Below are positions 9,059 through 19,921 of a stretch of DNA of 64,000 nt, in pieces. This DNA is from Coleofasciculus chthonoplastes F2-STO-03. Lineage in GTDB: Bacteria > Cyanobacteriota > Cyanobacteriia > Cyanobacteriales > Coleofasciculaceae. Under the pieces are notes generated by a model, which saw only the letters and a list, made by a program, of their open reading frames with translations, was not told where the DNA came from and made no database searches. The stretch covers positions 32,001 through 96,000 of the forward strand of contig JAVJWO010000193.1 of the NCBI GenBank assembly GCA_040222015.1, written 5' to 3'. The first letter of the stretch is position 1; each line of letters opens with the position of its first letter. Made by a program: the position numbers and the translations under genes.

Positions 9059-10195
9059 TTATGCCAGTGGCAGATAAAATCGAAACGTACTACCTACTCC
9101 CAACTGACTGTCCACCTCAATCTCACCTCCTTGCAATTCCACCAACCGCTTCGAGATCGCTAACCCAATTCCCGTTCCCCCAGTGTTCGGATTGCGCGAC
9201 TTTTCCGCCCGCCAGAACCGTTCAAACACATGAGGAATATCCTCTGGGACAATCCCCATACCTGTATCCGTTACCGCAATCCATAACCGAGGCATTAGTC
9301 CTTTTCTCCCGTCCCGTTCTACCCACACCCGCACCGTAATCGCACCCGTTTGAGTATGGCGAATCGCATTCCCTAGAAGATTCACTAGTACCTGTTCTAA
9401 TCGGTCACTATCTGCCAATATCCGAGGCAATTTCTCAGGACAATCTAACTGCAATATGGGACTTTCTTCCAACACCTGATCTGCAAATTTTTGCACCAGG
9501 GATTCTAACAGGGGACACACATTCACGGGTTCAACTTTAATCGGCAGATAACCCGCTTCTGCTTTCGAGAGTTCCTGTAAATCATTAATTAATCGTTCCA
9601 ACCGTCGCGTTTCTTTTGCCAACTGCTGATACATCGCAGGCGTTGCGTCCATCCGTTGGGCAGCAAGTTCTTCTAAATAACCCCGAAGTACCGTCAGTGG
9701 GGTTCGCAGTTCATGGGTTAAATCACTGACTAAATCTCGCCGTCGCTGTTCCACATCTTCTAAACTCACTGCCATTTGGTTAAAACTGCTGGCAAGTTGA
9801 TTAATTTCGGGAATTTCACTGGGCGGAAGTCGTTTATCCAGCTTACCCGCTGCAAATTGTTGCGTAATGTCTTCAATTTGAGTTAGGGGTTTTACGATGC
9901 GACGAGACAACCAGTAACTGAGTCCCCCCGCCGCCGTCGTGCCAACAATAACCGACCAAAACGTGCCGCGATTCCATGCGGTTTGAAATCCTTGTAGTAA
10001 GGAAGTACGAGCAACGCGAAAGATGACACCTTTGCCTTCTAATTGTTGCAAATGCAAAATAAAGAAGCGCGGCGAAGACAATTTACTGATAATTAACAGG
10101 GAACCCACGCCGACAATCATCACCAATAAATGGGAGAGAAACAGGCGCGAGACTAAGGGTAACGATTTGCGGCGGCGTAAACCGGTTTTACTCAT
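9059..10195 (-). CDS. HAMP-domain sensor histidine kinase (BaeS-like)
   Basis: Two TM segments, HAMP, H-box [12 protein letters not shown]1/F/G2 boxes. Confidence 0.95.
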   Translation of the reverse strand: MSKTGLRRRKSLPLVSRLFLSHLLVMIVGVGSLLIISKLSSPRFFILHLQQLEGKGVIFRVARTSLLQGFQTAWNRGTFWSVIVGTTAAGGLSYWLSRRIVKPLTQIEDITQQFAAGKLDKRLPPSEIPEINQLASSFNQMAVSLEDVEQRRRDLVSDLTHELRTPLTVLRGYLEELAAQRMDATPAMYQQLAKETRRLERLINDLQELSKAEAGYLPIKVEPVNVCPLLESLVQKFADQVLEESPILQLDCPEKLPRILADSDRLEQVLVNLLGNAIRHTQTGAITVRVWVERDGRKGLMPRLWIAVTDTGMGIVPEDIPHVFERFWRAEKSRNPNTGGTGIGLAISKRLVELQGGEIEVDSQLGVGSTFRFYLPLA

Positions 10196-10486
10196 GATTA
10201 AAGAAGAATGATGTAACAACCCGTAAAAATGACCCGCTCGACCTAATCTATAAACATTAGAAACAGGGCGGGTTTACATCAGTTACAAGTTTTTGCTTGT
10301 ATTTTATGTCTATCTACTCCTCAACATTTCCCCCTCATCCCCTAACCCCAACTCCGGTCCCCTCGTTCCCCCCTACCCCCCTCGTTCCCCCTGCTACAAG
10401 AGGGGGGAGGACAGAGGATGCGAGAGCTTTTGTTGCAGGGGTGAGGGGTTGAGCTTAAGTTGACACGGGTGTTGGAGACCAAACCC

Positions 10487-11191
10487 CTACGGGGTGTCTT
10501 CAAATTTATAACCAACACCGATAACCGTTTTAACAAAGGTCGGATTACTGGGGTCTGGTTCTATTTTTTTCCGCAATCGGGCGACATGGGTATCAACCAC
10601 CCGTTCATCGCCAAAAAAGTCATTCCCCCACAGTTTATCAATCAGTTGAGTACGATTCCAAACTCGACCGGGTTGACTGATAAAGGTTGCCAACAGATTA
10701 AATTCTAACGTGGTTAAATCCAGGGGTTCTGATTCCCCAGAATCGAGTTGGCGACTAGCCGTATGCTGATCCACATCCACAGTAAAATGTTGGGTACGGT
10801 AGACAAGGGACTGTCCGCCATGACGCAAACTACGCCGCAATAGCGCCCGGACTCTAGCCACCAGTTCGGTAGGGCTAAAGGGTTTGACGAGGTAATCATC
10901 AGCACCTGTTGATAGCCCAATCACGCGGTCAATTTCCTCTCCCTTCGCCGTCAGCATTAGAATATACGGGTCTTTGGGTCCCGGTTTTTGGCGAATTCGG
11001 GCGCAAACTTCCAATCCATCCAATCCCGGTAGCATTAAGTCGAGAATAATCACATCCGGTTGCTGGGTTTGGAAGGCTTGCAAGGCGGCTAATCCATCGC
11101 GATAGGAGTAGCAGGTGAATCCTTCCCGTTCTAGGGTAAGTTGGATGAGTTTGGCGATTTCCGCTTCGTCTTCAACGATTAAAATATCCAT
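10487..11191 (-). CDS. OmpR-family response regulator
   Basis: ILIVEDE..DLMLPGLDG..KPF, winged helix RVVDTHVARLRKK..TVIGVGY. Confidence 0.95.
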   Translation of the reverse strand: MDILIVEDEAEIAKLIQLTLEREGFTCYSYRDGLAALQAFQTQQPDVIILDLMLPGLDGLEVCARIRQKPGPKDPYILMLTAKGEEIDRVIGLSTGADDYLVKPFSPTELVARVRALLRRSLRHGGQSLVYRTQHFTVDVDQHTASRQLDSGESEPLDLTTLEFNLLATFISQPGRVWNRTQLIDKLWGNDFFGDERVVDTHVARLRKKIEPDPSNPTFVKTVIGVGYKFEDTP

Positions 11192-11815
11192 ACAGGAACT
11201 CTGGCGACTGGACGTCACAGCTACACAAACTTTCGTCCGCCTGTGCGGACTGAATTATAAAGGGGGTAGTCAATCCGGATTTGGTATTAGACGCCGCATT
11301 GGGGATGGCTTTTGCCTGTGCTTGTTTCTACGATACCTCATCCCCATTCATCAGACGACAGCGAGGAAGCCCAACACTACTGCAAGGGATAGGGGAGCAT
11401 GTTCCAGATGCGCCATGGCGCGTCTGGGGAGAATAAATGAAATTAGATCTCGCGGCGAGCAGGATTGGGAAGCCCAAGTTTTGTTGAGGAGGGGTTGATT
11501 CATGAATCGTTGTTTTTGTCAAGACAAAACGAATAGGATCAGGGCGGCTTTTTTCGGCTTATTATATTTTTATCTCATCCTTGTAGTGCGAGCATCTTGC
11601 TCGCTACTAATACCCAATTTAAATGCATGATAAGTAGTCGGACAAAAGTTGAGTAAAGGGCGACCCGACCCCATTGAATGGACTGATGTTGTTAATTAGG
11701 TCAAGCGGGTCGCCCCTACAGGGGAATTATAAATGTTGCTTTCATCCGTTGCCGATGCGATCGCTAATTTAGATCCCCAACCTTCAAGAAGTCGAGGATC
11801 GGGTAGGGGAATGGA

Positions 11816-12721
11816 TTATAAGCCTAATTTCTCTAAAACAGGTCGCGTAGATACAATATGCTTACTCAACCCCAACTCCTTAGGCGGAATACCGAGCGCC
11901 AAAGCTACCAATTGCGGTAAATGCAATACAGGTAATCCCAGCTTACGCTCAATCACCTTTTCCACTTCCGGTTGACGAGAGTCAAGATTAAGGTGGCACA
12001 ACGGGCAAGGCGTCACCATACAATCTGCCCCGGCGTCAATGGCTTCTTGGATATTTTTTCCTGCCATTTGAAATGATTGCTCAGTCGCATAACTAGCAAT
12101 GGGCCAACCACAACATTGGGTTCGTCCCCGATAATAGACCGGAGTTGCGCCAACGGATCGGAATACATTTTCCATCGATTCGGGGTGAAACGGGTTGTCA
12201 TAGGGGATTGTGGTTTGTCCTCGGAGCAAATAACAGCCATAGAAGGCGGCACATTTTAACCCGCTTAGCTTTCGGGTAACCCGTTCTTGTATGGCGTCTA
12301 GTCCATAATCGGTGACTAACGCCCACAGCAAGTGCTTGACTTCGCTATTCCCTTTATAAGGAGAACACCCCTCTTTTTTCAGTAAGCCATTAACTTGATC
12401 AATATAGCCCGGATCACTCTGTTGAAAGTCCTTCAAGCGTTCATCCACATGACCAATAACCCCCTGACAGGTGCTGCAATGGGTTAACAGGGGTAGATTC
12501 AGTTCCTCCGCCAAGGTAATATTACGGGCATTTACGGTATCTTCCAGCAATCGGGAATCTTCCTTAAATGTGCCAGAACCGCAACAGGAAGCTTTTTTCA
12601 GTTCAATCAGTTCAATGCCCAAGGCTTGAGTCAAGGCGGCGGTGGATTGGTACAATTCTCGGCAAGCGCCTTGGGCGACACAACCGGGGAAGTAAGCGTA
12701 TTTTAGGGTTTGAGATGGCAT
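11816..12721 (-). CDS. hdrB: HdrB-like CCG-domain Fe-S protein (cyanobacterial succinate dehydrogenase-associated subunit)
   Basis: YAYFPGC, SCCGSG, CSTC, FYGC, QCCG, CPLCHLNLD. Confidence 0.88.
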   Translation of the reverse strand: MPSQTLKYAYFPGCVAQGACRELYQSTAALTQALGIELIELKKASCCGSGTFKEDSRLLEDTVNARNITLAEELNLPLLTHCSTCQGVIGHVDERLKDFQQSDPGYIDQVNGLLKKEGCSPYKGNSEVKHLLWALVTDYGLDAIQERVTRKLSGLKCAAFYGCYLLRGQTTIPYDNPFHPESMENVFRSVGATPVYYRGRTQCCGWPIASYATEQSFQMAGKNIQEAIDAGADCMVTPCPLCHLNLDSRQPEVEKVIERKLGLPVLHLPQLVALALGIPPKELGLSKHIVSTRPVLEKLGL

Positions 12722-13277
12722 GGCAGTTAATCTGGATGTCAGGTTCAATTATCCCATTGCTCATCCTAATGGGTAGCGTGGGCAATTTTGGAATTTTTGG
12801 TTGAGTAAAGGGCGACCCGATCCCATTGAGTGGATACAGGCGTTGATTGGTGCCGTGCGGGTCGCCCCTACACGAACTGTTGGGGATCGCCTCCACCCTT
12901 GATATACCGCCTTACTTTTCACGGGATCTGGAAAACCTCTCTCCAAACCTCTCTCCTGCAAGGAGAGAGGCTTTGAATTCTCCCCCTTCTGTGCAAAAAA
13001 AAAGTGAAAAGTCAGGATATACCGTAGGGTGGGCATTGCCCACCAACCTTAAGGAGTGTGTCTTTTGACTTAAGATGAATGCCACTGACACTGACTTTAG
13101 AGTTTGTAGTAAGCGCTGTCTTCGCTTCTGGCACTAAAGTGCCTACTACGAACCCAGCTTAAGTCAGTGACATTTGACTTAAGATGACAGGCTCCCGTCG
13201 GATAGGGCGCAGCATCATACCATAGAGAATTGGTACGACCTGTTTCCTTGCCAAAACGTTTGAACGCACCACCGTTT

Positions 13278-14072
13278 ATGTATCAAACCGATCCCCCCCG
13301 CCCTCCTCAGGAAACCCTACCCACCATGTATGATCTACCCAGTGAAATGGTGGAGGAACCAGGTTTGCCCGATGAGTTTCACCGACTGCAGGCTGACTTG
13401 CTGAGCCAAACTTGCCAACCCCCGAATCAGCCTATGGATCAAGTGTTTGTCGCCAGTGACTTGAACCTTTACTATGATCCGCGTCATCCCCGTTGGTACA
13501 AGCGTCCTGATTGGTTTGTTGTTCTTGGGGTGCGCCGATTTACCCAGCAACAGGATTTGCGCTGGAGTTATGTGATTTGGCAAGAGGGGGTTACGCCTTT
13601 GCTCGTGGTTGAGTTGCTCTCCCCCGGTACAACACCGGAAGATTTGGGGCAGACATTGCGGGAGGTGAACCAACCGCCGACGAAGTGGGAGGTCTACGAG
13701 CGAATTTTGCGTATTCCTTATTATGTGGTGTTTGATCGGTATGTTAATCAGTTTAGGGCTTTTTGTTTATCGGGTACTCGTTATCAGGAGTTATCACTAC
13801 AAAATCAGCGGCTGTGGTTGGACGAATTACAGCTAGGGTTAGGCATTTGGCAAGGGGTGTTTGAGGAGACTACAGGTTTGTGGTTACGTTGGTATGATCG
13901 GACTAATCGCTGGATACCTACACCCGCAGAGCAAGCACAGCAGGAACAACAACGGGCTGAGCAATTGGAAATGCAGTTAGAGCAGGAGCGTCAGCGAAGT
14001 GAGCGGTTGGCAGAACGGTTGCGGGGGTTGGGGATTGATCCAGATGCTTTGAGTGAGGATGACCTAGGATAA
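13278..14072 (+). CDS. Uma2 family PD-(D/E)xK endonuclease-like protein with coiled-coil tail
   Basis: LPTMYDLPSE..EPGLPDEFH, RPDWF, VVELLSPGT, ERLRGLGIDPD. Confidence 0.92.
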   Translation: MYQTDPPRPPQETLPTMYDLPSEMVEEPGLPDEFHRLQADLLSQTCQPPNQPMDQVFVASDLNLYYDPRHPRWYKRPDWFVVLGVRRFTQQQDLRWSYVIWQEGVTPLLVVELLSPGTTPEDLGQTLREVNQPPTKWEVYERILRIPYYVVFDRYVNQFRAFCLSGTRYQELSLQNQRLWLDELQLGLGIWQGVFEETTGLWLRWYDRTNRWIPTPAEQAQQEQQRAEQLEMQLEQERQRSERLAERLRGLGIDPDALSEDDLG

Positions 14073-14293
14073 TGATGTTGCTGACATTATACTGGGGAGC
14101 AAGGTTTCGCGATCGCGAGATGATGGATTGAGCCTTGAATCACTCGTCTGATTGGGTTAGCGAAAGTCGGGGCGGGTTTAGTCACATCTGGGTGTAACCG
14201 AAAAGATAGTAGTGAAACCCGCCCCTACAGACTCATGCACCGTGCCCTCAAGGGTTGTGAAGGGTCAATGCGCCACATACCGTGAAAAGTAAT

Positions 14294-15292
14294 CTAAACG
14301 ATCGCGCTTGTCGCCTGGAGATAAATTTCCGCGATCGCGATCGCCATGAGTACCCCGACTAAACTGAACCAACTCCCCAGAGTGCCGAGAGTGGTGATTA
14401 ATAAGACAATCATACTGGTGGCAATCAGGTAGGTGAGAGCAACTTGGCGATGAGTCCAACCGGATTGTTGAAGCCGCTGGTAAATGTGACTACGATGCCC
14501 TTTAAAGATGTTTTCTTGGCGGATCAGGCGACGGATAATAGTGTAGATGGCATCAGCGGTGAGTGGGAGGGTGACAGCCAAAGCAGACCAGGCTTGTACG
14601 GAATTATGGCTGTTGAGCAGGGCGATGGCGACACTGGCTCCCAGGACGGTGCTACCTGCATCGCCCATAAAGATTTTCGCGGGAGACCAATTCCACCAGA
14701 GAAAACCAAGGAGGGCGGCGGTAAGCAGCCAGAATAAGGGTTGGTTGAGGTATAGTGCTAGGAATGCCATCTGGAGGGCGGTGACGCTGGCAACTAGACC
14801 ATCTAAACCATCCATGAAGTTGTAGAAGTTGATTAGGGCGGTGATGCCAATTAGGGTGAGTGCGATCGCGATTATTTGACCGACTAGACCGAAGTTAGAG
14901 AGCCAGGGTAGGGGGAAGGAACCGAAACACGCGATCGCGAGGCTGGCGACAGACAGATGCACTAGGTAGCGTATTCTGGCGGGAAGCCCTTGGCGGTCAT
15001 CAATGATACCAATGATGGCTAGGGGGGTGAGGATGAGCCAGAGGAAGGTTGGGTTGGGGTTAATTAGGGGGTGGGATAGGAGTTGAGGGAAATAACTGGC
15101 GAATAGAGAGGCAATTAATCCCGTTATGGCAAACGCTAGGATGAAACCCAAGCCACCACCACGGGGAGTGGGTTGGGTATGGGAACTGCGATCGTTGGGG
15201 ATGTCTAGTAAGTGGTTGCTGAAGCGTCGTTTAATGAGATTAGTCAGGAGGATACTCGCCAGAAAACTGGCAGCCGCAAGAACAGTTAACAT
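14294..15292 (-). CDS. MraY/WecA-like polyprenyl-phosphate HexNAc-1-P transferase (WbpL-like)
   Basis: DIPNDRSSHTQPTPRGGG, NFYNFMDGLDG, FMGDAGS, HRSHIYQRL. Confidence 0.93.
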   Translation of the reverse strand: MLTVLAAASFLASILLTNLIKRRFSNHLLDIPNDRSSHTQPTPRGGGLGFILAFAITGLIASLFASYFPQLLSHPLINPNPTFLWLILTPLAIIGIIDDRQGLPARIRYLVHLSVASLAIACFGSFPLPWLSNFGLVGQIIAIALTLIGITALINFYNFMDGLDGLVASVTALQMAFLALYLNQPLFWLLTAALLGFLWWNWSPAKIFMGDAGSTVLGASVAIALLNSHNSVQAWSALAVTLPLTADAIYTIIRRLIRQENIFKGHRSHIYQRLQQSGWTHRQVALTYLIATSMIVLLITTLGTLGSWFSLVGVLMAIAIAEIYLQATSAIV

Positions 15293-15502
15293 GCTTGTCT
15301 ATTACACTTCTCACACACACATCTTTTACTATATGACCTATTCGTTTCCGGTGATTTCCGTTAGAGAGGTATACTTCGCACGGTCAAATTTGTCATTCTG
15401 AAAGGAGCGATAGCGGAGTGAAGAATCTCACGACTATGTTACGCTGTACTTCACTAAGCTCTGCATGAAAAAAGCTCAGTTTTTGACCGCGAACAGTATA
15501 CA

Positions 15503-16477
15503 TCAGCGCAAGGTTTTTGAGAGTCCTTCGTCCACTGTGTAGGGAGGTTCCCAGTTGAGGGTGTTTCGGATGTGGCTGCTGTCAACGATTAGGGAACCTA
15601 GCAGGCGGTCAATGGTTGAACTATTCAGAGGTAGGGGGCGTTTGGTGAATTGCTCGATGGTATCTCCTAGATGACCTGCTAGTTTGAGCAGGCTGGGTGG
15701 TACTGGGAGCAGGTGACAAGGGCGTTCTAAGTGGTAGGCTATCTTGTGGATTAGTTCGGGTGTGGAGAGATCTTGACCATCGCTAACCAGGAACGTTTGA
15801 TTTTTGGCGTTGGGGTGAGTTAGACAAGTCGCGATCGCATCAACGAGATTACCGACGTAGAGAAGGCTGCGGCGGTTATTGACTAGACCGAAGGGTAAGG
15901 GTAAGCCTCGATTGATGAGTTTAATTAGGCGTTCCATGTTGCCAGGGTTGCCAGAACCGTAGACTAAGGTAGGGCGTAGAATAGTCCATGTCATGCTGCT
16001 TTGGCTGGCAAGCTCGATTAGGGCTTGTTCGGCTTGGAGTTTGCTGCGTCCGTAAGGAGTATCGGGTTGGCAAGGGGAGGTTTCCGTGAGAGGATGGTCG
16101 CTTAGGGTTGCCATTGCACCGATGGAGCTGATAAAGACAAAGTGCTTTACTCCTGCGGCAATAGATTGTTTGACAAGGTTTGCAGTTCCTGTGGTGTTAA
16201 CTTTGAAAAATTCTTGTTCTTTTTCATGGTGATTTTTCTCTTTGGTAAAAATATGAGCGCTTCCAGCTAAATGAACTAATAAATTAATGTCTTTGAGAGA
16301 TTCTGTCCAGTCAGTTGTTTCATTGATGTTATCAATTACACTAATGTTTATCGATGGCAATTTTTCATTGGATATGTGACGTATTGCCAGCTTTACCCGC
16401 CAATTTAAATCTTGAAGTCTAGTGATTAAGTGACGACCGATAAAACCTGTTGCTCCCGTAACTAAGATATATTTCAC
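15503..16477 (-). CDS. NAD-dependent epimerase/4-reductase (WbpK/WbpV-like)
   Basis: TGATGFIG, YGRSK, NRRSLLYVGNL. Confidence 0.9.
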   Translation of the reverse strand: MKYILVTGATGFIGRHLITRLQDLNWRVKLAIRHISNEKLPSINISVIDNINETTDWTESLKDINLLVHLAGSAHIFTKEKNHHEKEQEFFKVNTTGTANLVKQSIAAGVKHFVFISSIGAMATLSDHPLTETSPCQPDTPYGRSKLQAEQALIELASQSSMTWTILRPTLVYGSGNPGNMERLIKLINRGLPLPFGLVNNRRSLLYVGNLVDAIATCLTHPNAKNQTFLVSDGQDLSTPELIHKIAYHLERPCHLLPVPPSLLKLAGHLGDTIEQFTKRPLPLNSSTIDRLLGSLIVDSSHIRNTLNWEPPYTVDEGLSKTLR

Positions 16478-16496
16478 TGGACCTCCAATTTTTTGA

Positions 16497-17579
16497 TCAG
16501 GGTGTTTTCTCTAACTCGTAACCTGATTCTAAAAAATAATTTTCGTCAATTTTAAGAATGTGAATACGGAAAAGTTGCTGAGTATATCCCCACGCATGAG
16601 CAATTGGAATTGTTGTCAACACTACCCAACATAGTGAGCATCTTTTAAGAAAACTTGGAAACTGACTATTTTCTCCTCGCCAAAATTCATCTTTACACGA
16701 ATCATAAAATTTGACATTAATTTGGATAGCCTCTATAATACAGAGAATGACTATCATAGCATCAAGACTAACAATATACGATAAGTTTCTAAAACTTGCC
16801 CAGTTTACTATAAAAAGCAATAAATTTATAACTAAACAATGAAATGGAAGATTACTGCGTTTTGGAAGTTTGTTAGGATACCGACGATTGATCAAACAAC
16901 ATCCTCTTCCGTATTTTACATACTGGTTCCATAAAGCTTTCCAGTTAGAACGCGGGAAATACCAGACTTTAATACTAGAACAGATATAAATAGCTTGAGT
17001 ATTTTTATCCAACAAACGCAAGTTAAGTTCTGTATCTTCCTTACGAGTTAAGTAATATCCTCCAACTTCTAGTAATGCTTTGAGCCAGAAGCAACCTAGA
17101 AAAACTGTATCTGCATATCCTGTATAATTAGGGTTACGGTACTTTGCTTTTCCACTCCCCAGAGGACTACGAGATGCCAGGGCAACCGCAAGCTGAAAAG
17201 GATTTTTAGCTAAAAATCGTTGGGCACCTCCAACATTTAAACTTCCAGAATATTGTAATGCTTCAACACAACGCTCAACGTAGTCAGGAGCATATTCGCA
17301 ATGAGCATCTACTCGTAGAAAAATATCTCCTTTAGATACTTGACTCATAAGCTGAAGGGCTGCTGACTGAATCCGCAGGCGGTTATCGAGTAGTTTTATA
17401 CGGGAATCCTCAAAAATTAATCCTTCAACTATTTGGCGAGTGTTGTCATTACTTCTACCATCTGCAATAATAATCTCTATTATCTCAGGATATGAAGAAT
17501 TCAGAAAGCAACGGATTACTTTTCCAATATGCTTTTCTTCATTATAGGTAGGTATGGCAATTGTAACTGTTGGATTCAT
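16497..17579 (-). CDS. GT2 glycosyltransferase (ExoA-like)
   Basis: IPTYNEE, DGRSND, RVDAH, EDTELN. Confidence 0.9.
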   Translation of the reverse strand: MNPTVTIAIPTYNEEKHIGKVIRCFLNSSYPEIIEIIIADGRSNDNTRQIVEGLIFEDSRIKLLDNRLRIQSAALQLMSQVSKGDIFLRVDAHCEYAPDYVERCVEALQYSGSLNVGGAQRFLAKNPFQLAVALASRSPLGSGKAKYRNPNYTGYADTVFLGCFWLKALLEVGGYYLTRKEDTELNLRLLDKNTQAIYICSSIKVWYFPRSNWKALWNQYVKYGRGCCLINRRYPNKLPKRSNLPFHCLVINLLLFIVNWASFRNLSYIVSLDAMIVILCIIEAIQINVKFYDSCKDEFWRGENSQFPSFLKRCSLCWVVLTTIPIAHAWGYTQQLFRIHILKIDENYFLESGYELEKTP

Positions 17580-17813
17580 GTAGACAAGCCCTAGAAAACA
17601 AGTTGAGTTAATTCTCTCATTTTGGCAAGCAATAACAGTACAATTGTTTTTAATTTTGGAACTGCCATAGACTTCGCAATATTCAATATTTTGTGAGCTA
17701 CCCTGCCTGAATGACGTATCAACATTTTAATTTTAACAGTATATCTTATTCCTGGACTTTCTGTATCCTTTGTTTTTGTAAGTTAGTTAATTAATGTTAT
17801 TCTACTTACCAGT

Positions 17814-19031
17814 TCAATATTTATATCGATTTGACAGATGAATCGATATCGCCCCAAAAAGTATATAGGAATCTTTGAGTTCACCTAACACATTCCAAAT
17901 AAGTAAGTAAAACAAGGTGTATAGAGAAAAAGCAAGCGCCCGTGAGTTATATGTATAAAAAATAATAATCATAGCATTACAGATAAACTGTATTAATATC
18001 ATGCTTAATATTATTAGTCCTGCGATACCTGCACAGATCCACACTTCGAGAAAAATGTTGTGAGGTATACTCTTAAATATAGCTTGATATGTCTGTAAAC
18101 CATGACCGAATAATGGTTTATCTAAAATTGTTTGAAATGTATCTCTATATATAACTATTCTTGGTTCTTCGCTTACATTTGTAAATAATCTTGTTAATCT
18201 GGATTCTAATATTTCAGAGCTTAAATTGGTTAATAAGTAGAACACCCAAAACATCAAGAAAATTAAGATTGTAATAAACTTAAATAACCTTGCTTTATTC
18301 AAGGTTATCAGAGATGAAAAAATTTTGGGTGTAAAAATGAATATAAGGTAGAATGATATAATTATAACTGGAAACAGTATTGATGCTCTTCCTGGCCAGC
18401 TTACTAATACTTTTAAGTTGATCAAGAAAACAGAAGCCCAACAAATTTTACTTATCAAGTTTGATTGGTTAAGAAATATCAATGCAAAACAGCAAACTAG
18501 GCTAGCTCCAAGGGGCATACTGAGGGGCGCATAATTTCTTCCTTGTAATATACCATCGATATTTATTGCCATCAATGACAAGATCACTCCCCATGCAATC
18601 TGTAGATAGATAATGATCGGTATATGTTCTTTTTGAGTAAAGAATGTTAAACCTAAAACAAATAGAAAGACACTCAAATACTGCAAAGCTGGCTCTAAGC
18701 TAAGCAGTACTATATGCTCGCTCCACAGTCCCGATGCTATTAAAATACTATATAAACTAAGCCATAGTAAAATAAAATCTCTTTTTTGTCTACTTAGCTT
18801 AATACTGGTAAAAACTAGGTTGATACGACTTGTGTTTGTGCAATTTAATAGCCCCGTAATGTACAAGCCAATTAAAGCAAATAAGTTAAATAAAGGGCTA
18901 GATATAGTAAAGTAAAGAGAAAAAAAAGATTTTACACTAGGAAGGTTGAGAACAAAAAAACTGAAAAATGATACGCATATAGAGAAAAAACTAGAGGCAT
19001 TGACAAAATTTTTTTTACTTTTCATAGTCAA
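17814..19031 (-). CDS. O-antigen polymerase/ligase-like (Wzy_C) membrane protein
   Basis: About 11 TM segments, KPLFGHG..PHNIFLE. Confidence 0.75.
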   Translation of the reverse strand: MTMKSKKNFVNASSFFSICVSFFSFFVLNLPSVKSFFSLYFTISSPLFNLFALIGLYITGLLNCTNTSRINLVFTSIKLSRQKRDFILLWLSLYSILIASGLWSEHIVLLSLEPALQYLSVFLFVLGLTFFTQKEHIPIIIYLQIAWGVILSLMAINIDGILQGRNYAPLSMPLGASLVCCFALIFLNQSNLISKICWASVFLINLKVLVSWPGRASILFPVIIISFYLIFIFTPKIFSSLITLNKARLFKFITILIFLMFWVFYLLTNLSSEILESRLTRLFTNVSEEPRIVIYRDTFQTILDKPLFGHGLQTYQAIFKSIPHNIFLEVWICAGIAGLIILSMILIQFICNAMIIIFYTYNSRALAFSLYTLFYLLIWNVLGELKDSYILFGAISIHLSNRYKY

Positions 19032-19047
19032 CTAAGGTTGTTTATAT

Positions 19048-19854
19048 TTATCTTCTTATTGAGTCAAAATTATAAATTTTATCAATGAACTTAATTTTCC
19101 GACCCCTGAAAAAAAAGTAAACTACTTCATAGCCTTTATCACCTAAAAAAACATAAGCAATTAGCTTTAAAAAGAACCTCGTTAAAACACTTACTTTGTT
19201 TTTGCGGAATTGCAAATTTTCACGGAATCTATCTAGTAAGTATTTACTGCTTGTAGATATTCCACCAAAAGAGCTAACTGATATATAATTATCGATGAAT
19301 AAAATATCATGCTTTTCTGGTAGATAACGAGTCCAAAGTTCACTATCAGCGCAATATTTAAACATAGTATCAAAATGAAATTTATCGAAATCTTTTCTTG
19401 CCATAAAGAGCGCTTGATGTGGTAATTTTCTGGAAGAAGGTTTGGTTTCTATAATATATTTAGTATAATTGCTAACGAATAAGTTTTTACCACAAATTGA
19501 TTTGAATGGTTTCCTCATCTCTAAAAAAGGAAGCTCTTCAATTGTTTTAGGCGAAAAAAAAACATCTCCTGCATTTAAAAAATTAACATAATCACCTGAT
19601 GCTAAATTGAATGCTTTGTTCATAGCTTCAAATATACCATTATCAACTTCACTCTTCCATATATTAATAAATTGATCATACTGTTTTATTATTTCTAATG
19701 TTCCATCTGTAGAACCACCATCTATAACAATGTACTCTATATTAGAATAGGTTTGCATTGCAACAGATAAAATTGTTTCTTCGATATATTTAACCGCATT
19801 TAGGGTTACCGTTACAACAGATACTTTTGGTAGGTAATTATTTGGCATATTCAC
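19048..19854 (-). CDS. GT2 glycosyltransferase
   Basis: VIDGGSTDGT, AMNK, FLNAGD. Confidence 0.92.
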   Translation of the reverse strand: MNMPNNYLPKVSVVTVTLNAVKYIEETILSVAMQTYSNIEYIVIDGGSTDGTLEIIKQYDQFINIWKSEVDNGIFEAMNKAFNLASGDYVNFLNAGDVFFSPKTIEELPFLEMRKPFKSICGKNLFVSNYTKYIIETKPSSRKLPHQALFMARKDFDKFHFDTMFKYCADSELWTRYLPEKHDILFIDNYISVSSFGGISTSSKYLLDRFRENLQFRKNKVSVLTRFFLKLIAYVFLGDKGYEVVYFFFRGRKIKFIDKIYNFDSIRR

Positions 19855-19921
19855 AATTAAAAATTGTACATAATAGATACTTTATTTTATTTAGATAATT
19901 AATTTATTCCAATCAAATATT

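Noticed and set aside
11115..11522. ORFs upstream of the response regulator
   Set aside because: No recognisable motifs or SD; overlapping ORFs on both strands look like chance frames
11816..12721. HdrB as evidence of methanogen-type metabolism
   Set aside because: Stand-alone HdrB-like genes are common in cyanobacteria, and no hdrA or hdrC is present
12612..13068. ORFs of 73-94 aa
   Set aside because: Made largely of dispersed repeat sequence or overlapping hdrB
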